Source of the DNA: an uncultured Alphaproteobacteria bacterium
GTDB taxonomy: Bacteria > Pseudomonadota > Alphaproteobacteria > Rhizobiales > Beijerinckiaceae
Assembly (NCBI GenBank): GCA_963706255.1
Contig: CAVPMJ010000010.1
Span: 1,753-65,752 of the forward strand
DNA: 64,000 nucleotides
Reading direction: 5' to 3'
Part shown: positions 1 through 9,073 of the stretch, one piece after another
How positions within the stretch are numbered: the first letter of the stretch is position 1
How the letters are laid out: the number at the start of each line of letters is the position of its first letter
Notes under the pieces: model-generated
Database searches by the model: none
What the model saw: only the letters and a program-made list of their open reading frames with translations
What the model was told of the DNA's origin: nothing
Position numbers and translations under genes: made by a program

Positions 1-84
1 TCCAGAAAATCGTCTGCTCGCCGATCCCGAAGCTGCCGAAGTCGTGTTCGCCGTACGGGTCATTGTTCTCCGTGAAGGCGTTAT

Positions 85-1537
85 CAGCCCGGTGACGAAG
101 TCGAGATTTGATCAGAGAGCATCTGGCGTGATGGCGATGATCAGGGCTGCGACATCGGCGTCGGACGCGGCGGCAATGACGACGATGTTCACCTCGCCCG
201 CCTGAATGACGAGCAGGAAAGTATTTCTGGCGTCGGCGGCCTCTTTCGGGGTCCCGCATCCGAATAATGCGCGCATCAGAATGCCGAGATTGAACCCTGC
301 GACATGGATCAAGTAGCGTTTGTGAATGTTCTCGCGCCCACGCAGCCACGCCCGGCGCATGCCGCCGCGTTCAAGGACATGGGCGAAGCTGCGCTCAACG
401 ACCTCGCCGCGTTTACGCATGGCTTCCTTGCCGACGCCCGATCTCAACCGGGTGCGGTTCGCATAGACCGCTGTGCGCGCCTCGTCGTCGCCATGCCAGC
501 GCAGATAGCCCTTGCTCGGTCGAGGCTCGGCAATGCGCGTTTTCCATGGACTGCCGTCGAGATCTTTCAGAACGTCGCGTGAAAAATAGCCCTTGTCGGC
601 CACGAGGTCGCATGGGTCTTCCGGCGTCGGAGCAAGGCCCAGGGCGGAGAGGTTCGCCGCCGCTTCTTCCAGCGTGGGATCGAGCGTCGCCGTGTCGCCC
701 GCGTCGGCCGGATGGATCGGAGCCGCCACGATCACGCCAGTATCGAGGTCAACCGCATGTTCGGGCTTGTAAGCCAGATGCGTCGAGCCGTCCTTCATCT
801 TGGCGATCTTCGCATCCGAGTTGGTCTTGCTCGCCCAATCCTCGTTCGAGAGCTTCTTCCCCTTGCGCTTGCGATCAAGCCGGACAAGGTCGTCGATCGT
901 CGGCGTCTCGACGCCGCTGTCCTTTGCCATCCGCGTCAACATCTCGCGATAGGTCTCGCCACTGTCACGGCGCACGATGGTTCGCAGCGCAGCGTTGGCC
1001 TCCATCGTTGAACCATCGACGCCGATCCGCTCGCCCGTCACCAGGCCGCGCTCGGCGACGAGCTTCAAGACAAACGCGAACACTGTCTCATGAACTTCGT
1101 GCGGCAGACGGCTGCGTGTCTTCGACATCCAAGAGTGGTCGGGAACTTTGTCGCGGTTCGAAAGACGAAGAAAATCCCGTAGCGACCACGAATCCGAACA
1201 ACGCCACACAATGCCGCGCTCGCTGTCGATCCCTTCAAAATAACCGACCATATGCATTCGGAAATAGCGGCCTGGCGGCAGCGACGGCGCGCCCATTATC
1301 GGCGCATAAAAGGGCGTGCATGTCTCTTCGACGAAAGCGTCGAAGCCAGCATCGGCCAACAGCTTCTGGAGACGGTCGTAAAACACATGTCCCGGTGAAC
1401 GCGGCATCTCGTTCCACGTCACATAGAGGTCGCCCTGAACCCCGCGCTCACGCCCCATCGCCATCGTCAAAGTCCGTCAATCGCGAATCTTCAATCTTCA
1501 GACGGAATTAGGCGACAATGACTTCGTCAACGGGCTG
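85..1537 (-). mobile_element. IS5/IS1182-superfamily insertion sequence, 1453 bp
   Basis: 18-bp terminal inverted repeats: CAGCCCGGTGACGAAGTC at 85-102 matches the reverse complement of 1520-1537 at 17/18. 4-bp direct repeat TTAT at 81-84 and 1538-1541. Single DDE transposase ORF inside. Confidence 0.85.
112..1470 (-). CDS. IS5-like DDE transposase (452 aa)
   Basis: Full-length ORF between the IRs. N-terminal region and C-terminal ...RSFAHVLERGGMRRAWLRGRENIHKRYLIHVAGFNLG are typical of IS5/IS1182-type transposases. Confidence 0.85.
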   Translation of the reverse strand: MTMAMGRERGVQGDLYVTWNEMPRSPGHVFYDRLQKLLADAGFDAFVEETCTPFYAPIMGAPSLPPGRYFRMHMVGYFEGIDSERGIVWRCSDSWSLRDFLRLSNRDKVPDHSWMSKTRSRLPHEVHETVFAFVLKLVAERGLVTGERIGVDGSTMEANAALRTIVRRDSGETYREMLTRMAKDSGVETPTIDDLVRLDRKRKGKKLSNEDWASKTNSDAKIAKMKDGSTHLAYKPEHAVDLDTGVIVAAPIHPADAGDTATLDPTLEEAAANLSALGLAPTPEDPCDLVADKGYFSRDVLKDLDGSPWKTRIAEPRPSKGYLRWHGDDEARTAVYANRTRLRSGVGKEAMRKRGEVVERSFAHVLERGGMRRAWLRGRENIHKRYLIHVAGFNLGILMRALFGCGTPKEAADARNTFLLVIQAGEVNIVVIAAASDADVAALIIAITPDAL

Positions 1538-2011
1538 TTATACGTCGCCACCCGGTGGAGGATGCGTCTCTGCGCTTCTTCGGGAAGCGCTGCGATGTCT
1601 GACGTGACGAACACGCTGCCGCCGGCGCCAGTACGGCGGAAGGCGTCATTGAGCTCAGTGATGGTGCTCATATAGAAGCGGGGTGAGTGCTGGTAAGTCG
1701 ACCAATTCCGAGGCCTGCCGGAACGCCGTTGTTGGAGTGGCCGACCAAGCACGCGGTCAACGGGCGCAGCCCTTGACGGCCCGCTGCGGCCGCGACAATG
1801 CGGCGATGACGGGTGGCCAGGAGCGTGGGAAATTTAATAGGCGCGCGGCTCTCTTGTCACGAGCTTCAAGCGCAGCTCTTGCTCCAGTTTTTTTCGGCTG
1901 TGACCACGAAGCCACATTCGTTCCTTGGCGCTGATGGTATTGCTGGGAGATCAATTTATGTCCGCTGATTCTCGGCGAGTAGCGCGCCGAGAACGTCGAA
2001 AGGACAACGAC

Positions 2012-2761
2012 ATGAAATTGCGCCGAAGCCTCATTGTCCTCGTGCTGAGCTTTTTGATGACGGCATGCGTATCAGTTCAATACGACCCGTACACCCCGTC
2101 CTACTTCACCGGAAGCGTGCTCGTAATCTGGGTAGGGGAAACGGAGGGTTCGTCAGGTGACGGCAAGTTCTTGTTCATCCCGAATCCAAATGATCGATTG
2201 ACCTTCCATCGCAACGCGTCGGATACGCACGGGAGAATGATTGAGCCTGGTCTCATGTATACCGACGGCGGATCGATCTCGAAGGTTGCACAGGTCTTCA
2301 ACGGACTATCTCCGTGGGGGTATGCGCCGGGGTACATGATCCATGACTGGCTCTTCACGGCTCGACACTGCTTGGTCGATGGAAGTTCCGACAAAAAGTA
2401 CGACCAGGTGCGTGACATCGATTTCGACGAGTTTGCAAAAATCCTCAACGAAGCAATCAGCGCCCTCATCAATCAGCGGCTGGTAAAGCGAAACGACCTT
2501 GCGATCGGAGCCATCACAGGGGCGGTCGATAGCTTCGTGGCGCGGAATTTGTGGGATGAGCAAGGCGCTTGTGAGCGCTTGAAGGTGTCGGACGCTGATT
2601 TAGCCGCAGCTCGGAAAGTCATCCCCGGCATATCCGCGTTCCGCCGCCTCAGACCCGCTGCCGCTGCGATTGATCGAGAAATCCAAGCAGCCGTGGATGC
2701 GACCCGTGGCAGCCAGTTGCCGCCTGCCCGGTTGGTGACGGAAGTTTCGGTAAAGCGATAA
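2012..2761 (+). CDS. Lipoprotein with DUF1353-like domain
   Basis: MKLRRSLIVLVLSFLMTAC signal/lipobox. YTDGGSIS...GYAPGYMIHDWLF resembles the DUF1353 TDGxSIP...HDWLY motif. Confidence 0.55.
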   Translation: MKLRRSLIVLVLSFLMTACVSVQYDPYTPSYFTGSVLVIWVGETEGSSGDGKFLFIPNPNDRLTFHRNASDTHGRMIEPGLMYTDGGSISKVAQVFNGLSPWGYAPGYMIHDWLFTARHCLVDGSSDKKYDQVRDIDFDEFAKILNEAISALINQRLVKRNDLAIGAITGAVDSFVARNLWDEQGACERLKVSDADLAAARKVIPGISAFRRLRPAAAAIDREIQAAVDATRGSQLPPARLVTEVSVKR

Positions 2762-2970
2762 GAGCTTGCAAGGATCGAGCCCGCGAGAGCGGGCTCGATA
2801 TGTTGCCGAGAGACAACCGTTCACGCGGCCTCCTCTACCTTCTTCGAGAATGACCGCAGGTAGTCGGCTGCTACTTCTTGGCGGTCTTGCGCTGTTCCTT
2901 GCGCAACGCAAGAGATCTGCCCGCAGATAGCGCTTGCCGTCGATGATGACAAAGCGCGAGGCGGCCATCG

Positions 2971-3318
2971 CTAATACTCGTCGGCCAGCATGAGCGTCAG
3001 GATCCGTTTGGTCTTCGATGGGTCGGATGGGTATTCCGCCCCGAATTCGAGGTTCGGGTCGTAGTAATCGATCTTCCAAAAGAATGTGCGCCCTGCGAGT
3101 TCGAAGCTGCCGAAGTCGTGCTCGCCGTGCGGGTCGTTGTCCTCGTCAAAAGCATCGAAGGTCGCCGCCTTTCGAACCGCCATCGCGCGAACGTCACTTG
3201 GCAGGGAATTGACGCCTGCCGTCAGTACGGTTTGTCTGAGTTTCGGATCGAAGCTCGCGCGAAGCGCATCATTCAGTTCACGGATGTGCGCACGCCTCGC
3301 AGAATCAATGTGCGGCAT
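2971..3318 (-). CDS. DUF3768 domain protein (intact paralogue)
   Basis: MPHIDSARRAHIRELNDALR...DNDPHGEHDFGSFELAGRTFFWKIDYYD. Start chosen at the internal ATG (3316-3318). Confidence 0.7.
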   Translation of the reverse strand: MPHIDSARRAHIRELNDALRASFDPKLRQTVLTAGVNSLPSDVRAMAVRKAATFDAFDEDNDPHGEHDFGSFELAGRTFFWKIDYYDPNLEFGAEYPSDPSKTKRILTLMLADEY

Positions 3319-3426
3319 GTGCTCCTCCCCACAATCGACGCACCGACATGGCGCGCCGAAGCGCAGGGCCAAGCCTGTTGTCATTTTACTCTTGGATAGA
3401 GGGCGGTCGAGTAGGCAAATAAACGG

Positions 3427-4074
3427 CTACGCGCGATGATGTTCGGGGCCGCTTATCGAAAAGTAAAAAAGTACGCTGAACACGGCGGCCGTCATACACC
3501 ACACAGAGTACCAAACTTCTTTCATCTCCAAAAACGTATAAAGGAAGGACGCGCCCACCACGATTCCGATCACGTTTATAACGCGGTTCCGCAGGGTGAC
3601 AAGAGAAAGGAGCGTAATGGCTGCATACGCGTAGTCGATGAAAATCGGGGGTGTCGTATCGTAACCGATGATGTAGCTCAGCGAATGCCCGACGACCTTT
3701 ACCTCGATACCGGCTGCGTTCGCGAGTTTGACGGTCAAATATCCGCCGAGGACGAGCCCTGCGGCGAACAGGACATAGCGAACGCGTTTCCGTAGTGGAT
3801 CGGCTTCCGCAGCGAGTGCCGCGAGCGGCGTCAGAACGGGCCACAAAAGAACGGCGATGTAGATATACAAATAGCGAAATATCTTTGCGTCGAACGCACC
3901 GTCGACAGAGAGCCAGACGATGCCCTCAAGGAATTGGTGGAGCGAAAAAATCCCTGGGAACAAAGAAAACAGGAGCATCGTGCGGTCATACCGCAGTGCC
4001 TTCCTGATCGTGCCAACGCCGATGATCGCTAAGACCGAGCCAACCGCAAAACTTGCTTCTGGAGAATAACACAT
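3427..4074 (-). CDS. Multi-pass inner-membrane protein (possibly DUF6629-like)
   Basis: About 6 hydrophobic segments. Start at MCYSPEASFAVGSVLAIIG. Lower GC than the core. Confidence 0.5.
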   Translation of the reverse strand: MCYSPEASFAVGSVLAIIGVGTIRKALRYDRTMLLFSLFPGIFSLHQFLEGIVWLSVDGAFDAKIFRYLYIYIAVLLWPVLTPLAALAAEADPLRKRVRYVLFAAGLVLGGYLTVKLANAAGIEVKVVGHSLSYIIGYDTTPPIFIDYAYAAITLLSLVTLRNRVINVIGIVVGASFLYTFLEMKEVWYSVWCMTAAVFSVLFYFSISGPEHHRA

Positions 4075-4458
4075 TGTCGTGCTGCGCTTTCCAAAGTGGA
4101 CGAATACCAAAAAACATGGGCAGCGGATGCTCCGCCCGTCCAGCCTACCATTTCTGCGCGATGAGTGGCTAATCCCGCCCCGCTCGCAGTGAATGCCATC
4201 CCTGGTACGAAGTACACTCTTCCGGGCAACAAGGCTGAACGGCTGCGCATCTGATTGTGCTTGTCAAGATCAATCGATTATGTGATCGGTGAAATCATCC
4301 CTCCAAATTGATGCCGACCGCATGGGACGGCTTGAATCGGCGCCGCTGCAAATCGCGGTGTGTATCCCGGATGCTGCTTCAAAAAAAGAAAGTGAGCGAT
4401 GGGTGCGCGGGCGGCGAGTGTCATCAAAGATTATCCAAAGGACCACGCAAAAACGCAT

Positions 4459-4725
4459 TCAATTCCCGCAGTGACGGAACTGCGACGCTTGTTCGGAAAT
4501 TGCCGTGAGCACGGCGTCATAACCGAGACGCGGCTTGCCATTCATCCGATGATTGATCTCTTCGCCATACGCCCATTTGCGACACCGAGGATCGGCCACG
4601 ATCCGCTCTGCAATCCACCATTCGCCAAGACGCCCCATGACAATGGCGGCGGTCATCAGCCCTTCGAGTAAGAGCATCTGATCAATTTGAGGCAGTCGTT
4701 CGAAGGCGTCCCAATCTTTCAGCAT
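4459..4725 (-). CDS. Hypothetical 88-aa protein, downstream partner of the 576-aa gene
   Basis: ORF lies 45 bp downstream of 4771-6501 on the same strand. No recognisable motif. Confidence 0.4.
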   Translation of the reverse strand: MLKDWDAFERLPQIDQMLLLEGLMTAAIVMGRLGEWWIAERIVADPRCRKWAYGEEINHRMNGKPRLGYDAVLTAISEQASQFRHCGN

Positions 4726-4770
4726 CGGTCGGATCCTCGGGTCATGACGCCTGACGTGTCATCGCATGGC

Positions 4771-6501
4771 TCACAAGCGTTGTTCCGGATACCCGAGATG
4801 CGCGAGCCGTGCCGCGAGCGCGGGCGCCGACTCCCACTCCCAGTAGCGGCGCGACACGCCGGAAGGATCGCTCGGACGACCTTCGGCCTCACGCTCGTGT
4901 TGCCATGCCTGGTCGTACGGCGCGATCGTGTCGGCGGCAAAATAAGCGGGCTTCTTGCCATGCAGCGCGGGGCCGGCGGCGTGGATGCTGCACGTGGGCC
5001 GCGCCGGATCGAGAATGCTCTGGGCGAGAGGTTCATCCTGCTGAACGATCTCTGCCACCTCTTGTTCGAACCAATACTCAGGGTCGGATGCTTGCGAGCC
5101 ATTGTGCTTTTGGCGGGGGGATATTTCGCTGACGATGTGCGGGAACCTCCGTTCGACCCACTGGTGTTCGACGACGCGAGATAGCCCTGTAATGGTGATT
5201 GCTGAAAGCGCGGTGTGGTCGTCCCAGATAACGATGGCCCCTTGCGGGTTCGACAAGAGCTTGGCGGCATGCCCATGCACGGCGTTGCCGGTGAAATAAG
5301 GGATGAGCACGCTCGTCTTTGGGCCGCGCTGCGCAACGAAAGCCGCTTTACCAATGTTGCCGTTACGAGGCGACGCCCCCGGAAGGCCCGATGAAGACAC
5401 GGTGACTTGCAGAAGCTCGAACTGCGACGCGACCAATCTGTCGAGCGGCTGAGTTGGGCTCCACGCATTGGGCCAGACGGCCCTCCGTCCGCCATTCGGT
5501 TCCGATGTTGGTCGCTTGACGAAGAGGTTCTGCGAACACTGCGTGAAGGCTTCTTCGACGCCGCCGACGCAAAAGCGAAGGAGGCAATTTCGGCTCCATG
5601 CGGCATAACGCCATGGATAGAGAGCATCTGCGTCGAGAGCATAGTCGTGCTGGACGGCTTCGGCCGTTAGCGCCTCTGTGGCGAAGAGGGTGATGTGCAG
5701 CCCCATGGCGTCGGGGTCATAGGGATGCAGCGCGAGAACGGCGAGCTTTCCGCCGTTTCGAACGGCGTCAATGACTTCGATGAGAGCGCCAACGGCGGCG
5801 CGGCGTCGCGCCCGCGCGCATGGCGTGGCGCAGCGTAGATCGTCTCCAACAACGAGCCTCCGGTAGGAGGGCGGCATCGCCCCAATGCCTACAAGCCAGC
5901 GATCGATGGCCGCTTCTTCGTCGACGGTGGCTGGCGCCGGCAGGAGCAATGGAACGGCGACGGTCTGATGGTCGAGAACAATGATCGGAGGCGCGCCCAC
6001 AGTTTCCTCGACCATTGCGGCATACACCGGCCGATTTCGGCCCCAAAGCGCGCCCTGGGAGCGGCCGCCGCAGCCGAGTAGCGCGAGCTTCGCGGTCATG
6101 GCGAACACGCCCATCGTGGCGTTCAGATATTGGCGGTACTGGCGCTCGTAGAACAGGTCTGCGCCCTTGGCGACTGTTGCTTCGCCGCAGTCGGCGCGCG
6201 CGTCGCCTCCTCGGTTCCTCGCGCTTAGCTGGTATTGAAAGACATGCTCGCTCGCTGGCCCCGGCGCGTCCTTGCGGCGCAGCCACCGTTCGGCGGCGGC
6301 CTCACGCCAATACGGAGGCGCCAGATCGAGAGCCGCGTGCGCAAAAGTCCGCAGTGGCCTCAGCCGATAGCGACCATCGGCGGCATCGTTTACTTGGGTC
6401 CCCGTCGCCAGCGAAGCTCTATGGAAAAGTGGGATGTGCGCGATTACGCGCTGATGCAGGCGCAGCTTGCCCCCAGCTATTGAGCCTTGAAAATTAGTCA
6501 T
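4771..6501 (-). CDS. Large hypothetical protein with a PNPOx-like (FMN-binding split-barrel) domain
   Basis: GGGAG RBS 8 nt before the ATG at 6501. The segment SSGLPGASPRNGNIGKAAFV...VLIPYFTGNAVHGHAAKLLSNPQGAIVIWDD resembles pyridoxamine 5'-phosphate oxidase family proteins. The N-terminal ~350 aa have no motif I recognise. Confidence 0.6.
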   Translation of the reverse strand: MTNFQGSIAGGKLRLHQRVIAHIPLFHRASLATGTQVNDAADGRYRLRPLRTFAHAALDLAPPYWREAAAERWLRRKDAPGPASEHVFQYQLSARNRGGDARADCGEATVAKGADLFYERQYRQYLNATMGVFAMTAKLALLGCGGRSQGALWGRNRPVYAAMVEETVGAPPIIVLDHQTVAVPLLLPAPATVDEEAAIDRWLVGIGAMPPSYRRLVVGDDLRCATPCARARRRAAVGALIEVIDAVRNGGKLAVLALHPYDPDAMGLHITLFATEALTAEAVQHDYALDADALYPWRYAAWSRNCLLRFCVGGVEEAFTQCSQNLFVKRPTSEPNGGRRAVWPNAWSPTQPLDRLVASQFELLQVTVSSSGLPGASPRNGNIGKAAFVAQRGPKTSVLIPYFTGNAVHGHAAKLLSNPQGAIVIWDDHTALSAITITGLSRVVEHQWVERRFPHIVSEISPRQKHNGSQASDPEYWFEQEVAEIVQQDEPLAQSILDPARPTCSIHAAGPALHGKKPAYFAADTIAPYDQAWQHEREAEGRPSDPSGVSRRYWEWESAPALAARLAHLGYPEQRL

Positions 6502-6747
6502 CGAAAACGCTCCCGCGAAACAAATTTTCACGGCGCTAGAATGCGCGAACTTTGACTCCTTTTATCGGACCACGCAACAATTGGTTTGCATGCAATGCGG
6601 AGGGCGAAAGAACGTTCACCAAATTGCCAGCATTTACCCGAATTACCGTGATGCGTTGAAAGCGTGAAAAAGCGATCATCTAGCCGAATTTGTATTATGG
6701 CCACTATCGCCAACGACCGTTGCGGCCCCGGCATCTTCGGTGCCGTT

Positions 6748-7965
6748 TCACTCCCACGGCAGTTTCTTTTTGTCCTTCACTCGGCTCTTGGTCAGTTCGC
6801 TCGCCATCGCACGATTTGATGTGTGGCCGTAGAATTGCTCCAGCATCCTCACGGACGTGCCCATGTTTCTCGCCAGAGTGTAGTGGTTCACGCCCTCTTG
6901 AAGCTGGTTCGTCGCGTAGGTGTGACGAAGAGAATAAATCGTTCTCTTCTCCCCGTTCCGATCGAACTCAACGCCGGCCTTTTGGGAGACGTTGGCGAAG
7001 CCCTTCTTCATGCTGTGCACCGGCTTGCCGTATGCGTGGCAAAACACGTGCTCGCTCATTTCTGGTTTGCGGCCATTCAATTCGTCACACCTGCTTTTCC
7101 AGAGGAGTTCAAAGCCTTCTTTGACCTCTGGAATCTGAGCGACCACCTCGCGTGACCCGGTCTTTCCCCTCACATGGATGATCAGATACGGATCGTTGAG
7201 ATTGTCAGAAGGTTCCGTATCGAGGTCGCTCCATCGAATTCCTCTGGCTTCGCCGACCCGGATGCCGGTGTAGGCCAAGATGACGATGTAGTGGCAGAGC
7301 ATCTTCCGGTCACGGTAGATCGAGCTCGAAATGCTTTTGCCCTCCTCAAGCCAGGGCGCGAACGTCCCCAAGAGTTTTTTCCAGTCCTTCTGATCGAAGT
7401 GAGGGCGTCGGACGCCGTCCTTCTTCGGCCTCTCGATATGGATCTCCCGATCCAGGTGACCTCTTCGGTGGCACCATTTCAGGAAGGTCGTGAATTGGCT
7501 GGTCTCGTGAAGGATCGTCGTCTCCTTCGGCGCCTTCCTCTTCGCGTTCGTCCGCCGCCAGTCGAAGAACTTGGCGATCTCCTTGGAATTGATGTCGGTG
7601 ACCTTGTTCTTGGTGAAGTAGGGAACGGCGTAGGTCTTGAGAAAGGCGATGATGGAGAGGTTGCGTTTCGTCGGCTCTCCCTTGGCCCGCGCGAAGGTCT
7701 CGAAGTCCACGACCATCTTGGCGAGGTTCGGGCCGGTGATGGACTGTCCGAGCTTGGTCTTGATGCGGAGCTTGTCGAGCAACTCGTCGGCGAACTTCCT
7801 GGCCTGGTAGAAGTCGGAGGTTCCTGAGCCCCAGTAAATGTAGCCGGCGCCGTTGGGTATTTTTATTCGGCAGAGCTAGAGCTTCTTGGGACGATTCTCG
7901 AGCTGATAGAGGACGACTTTTCCGTCGTGGAAGGACTGCTGGTTGATGACCTTGGAGGCTGCCAT
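6748..7965 (-). pseudogene. Tyrosine integrase with in-frame TAG at 7876-7878 (the longest uninterrupted ORF, 6748-7782, begins at a TTG)
   Basis: C-terminal LRHTYAT...GH motifs of tyrosine recombinases. The frame continues upstream of the ORF-track start as MAASKVINQQSFHDGKVVLYQLENRPKKL*LCRIKIPNGAGYIYWGSGTSDFYQARKFADELLDKL. Confidence 0.75.
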
Positions 7966-8003
7966 GGAGGCAATTCTACCCCTCGGTCGGGCGATATGAC
8001 ACC

Positions 8004-8020
8004 GTAATATGACTGTAATA
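8004..8020 (+). repeat. 17-mer GTAATATGACTGTAATA (candidate integrase arm-type site, left of core)
   Basis: 15/17 identical to 8189-8205. A shorter ATATGAC copy lies at 7994-8000. Enclosed by the inverted repeat CTCGGTCGGGC (7982-7992) / GCCTGACCGAG (8023-8033). Confidence 0.45.
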
Positions 8021-8085
8021 CGGCCTGACCGAGACCTTATCGGATCCGTCGAATAGCATAAGTCATTGATAGCAAAGATAGAAAA

Positions 8086-8130
8086 TGGTGCTGCAAGAGA
8101 GGATTGAACTCTCGACCTCTACCTTACCAA
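8086..8130 (-). other. 3' 45 nt of a tRNA-Thr(GGU)-like gene (att core), not a complete tRNA
   Basis: Reverse complement is TTGGTAA-GGTAG-AGGTC-GAGAG-TTCAATC-CTCTC-TTGCAGC-A-CCA. That reads as anticodon loop with GGT, 3' anticodon stem, variable loop, T arm, 3' acceptor and CCA. No 5' half in 8131-8165, which is AT-rich. Confidence 0.7.
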
Positions 8131-8188
8131 ATAAGTGATCCTTTATAATATATTGATATTAAATGATTTAATATGACATTTTCTATGT

Positions 8189-8205
8189 GTAATATGATTG
8201 TAATG
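8189..8205 (+). repeat. 17-mer GTAATATGATTGTAATG (candidate arm-type site, right of core)
   Basis: Direct copy of 8004-8020. An additional ATATGAC lies at 8171-8177. Confidence 0.45.
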
Positions 8206-8366
8206 GATCAACATTGTAGAAAGCTCCGTAAAATCAGAATGATAGAGATAGTTTTAGGTTGTAAAAAGGGAGTGCTCGGCCGTGATCGCAAAGCCGCAGC
8301 GCTTTCGACATGTCCATTGTTTGAGCAACTGAATACCCTCCGAAGGGCTTCAACCCGGAGGATGAT

Positions 8367-8813
8367 ATGTCGTTTCTAAAATCCCTCACCCTCACCACCG
8401 TTCCGAAGATCAACAATGATCCCATCCGCTCGCGGCGAGAGAGGCTCGTCTCCCGCCTTCAGGAGCAGAAGGAACTGATCGCCAACCCGTCCCTCATCCG
8501 AACCGTCCAGCGAACCGTCAAGAAGGACGGGCTCAAGACCGTCGTCGAGACCCAGCAGAAGCTCCGTCCCTGGTGGCGGACGGACGAGAAGGGGCAGGTC
8601 GTCTTCTTCGTGCGGGTCGGGTGGAAGCCGATCGAATTCGAGAAGGGCAAGGCGGGGATCGTTGCCGGTTCGATGGAGAGGCTGCCCGAGGTCATCGACG
8701 TGCTGATCGGGGCGGTGCGGGCCGGCGAGCTGGACCCGATGCTCGCGACGGCTGGCGATGGTCGTGTTCGGCCCAGTAGCACCGCCAAAAAGCCAGGGCG
8801 GGAAGCGGCGTAG
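8367..8813 (+). CDS. Island-associated conserved hypothetical protein (resembles DUF6641-type proteins)
   Basis: MSFLKSLTLTTVPK...RPWWRTDEKGQVVFFVRVGWKPIEFEKGKAGIV...AVRAGELD. Follows the AT-rich att-like region. Confidence 0.5.
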   Translation: MSFLKSLTLTTVPKINNDPIRSRRERLVSRLQEQKELIANPSLIRTVQRTVKKDGLKTVVETQQKLRPWWRTDEKGQVVFFVRVGWKPIEFEKGKAGIVAGSMERLPEVIDVLIGAVRAGELDPMLATAGDGRVRPSSTAKKPGREAA

Positions 8814-9073
8814 CCGATCGGGCTAGGAGAGCCGTGGTCACGACAGGCCGAAGGTCAAGTCTATGACGTGACATGCCAACTTCGTGACGTTTGCTTGCCG
8901 TTTGCTGTGGCTTATTTGCAACACCCATTGAGAATCACCCCAACAGGCGTTTTCTCGCCTTAAAGACCCAGAAGAAGGAATGTAGCGTCGAAGGCGCAAA
9001 CATCTGCTCTCGCGAAGCCTTGGGACCTCCAAGCCCCGGTTTGAGCGGCTGAAACCGAGCAAAGGACGTATTC

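Larger units (their letters stand above)
1..1671 (-). pseudogene. DUF3768-family gene split by an IS insertion (5' part 1542-1671, 3' part 1-84, continues off window)
   Basis: Minus-strand translation of 1542-1671 gives MSTITELNDAFRRTGAGG...RILHRVATY. Translation of 1-84 gives NAFTENNDPYGEHDFGSFGIGEQTIFW. Both align to the intact paralogue at 2971-3318 (FDAFDEDNDPHGEHDFGSFELAGRTFFW). Deleting the IS plus one TTAT copy restores a single frame. Confidence 0.85.

Noticed and set aside
8173-8379. 68-aa ORF in the AT-rich region as a possible excisionase
   Set aside because: No AlpA/Xis-like HTH motif. The Cys/Met/Ile-rich sequence is typical of a random ORF in AT-rich DNA.
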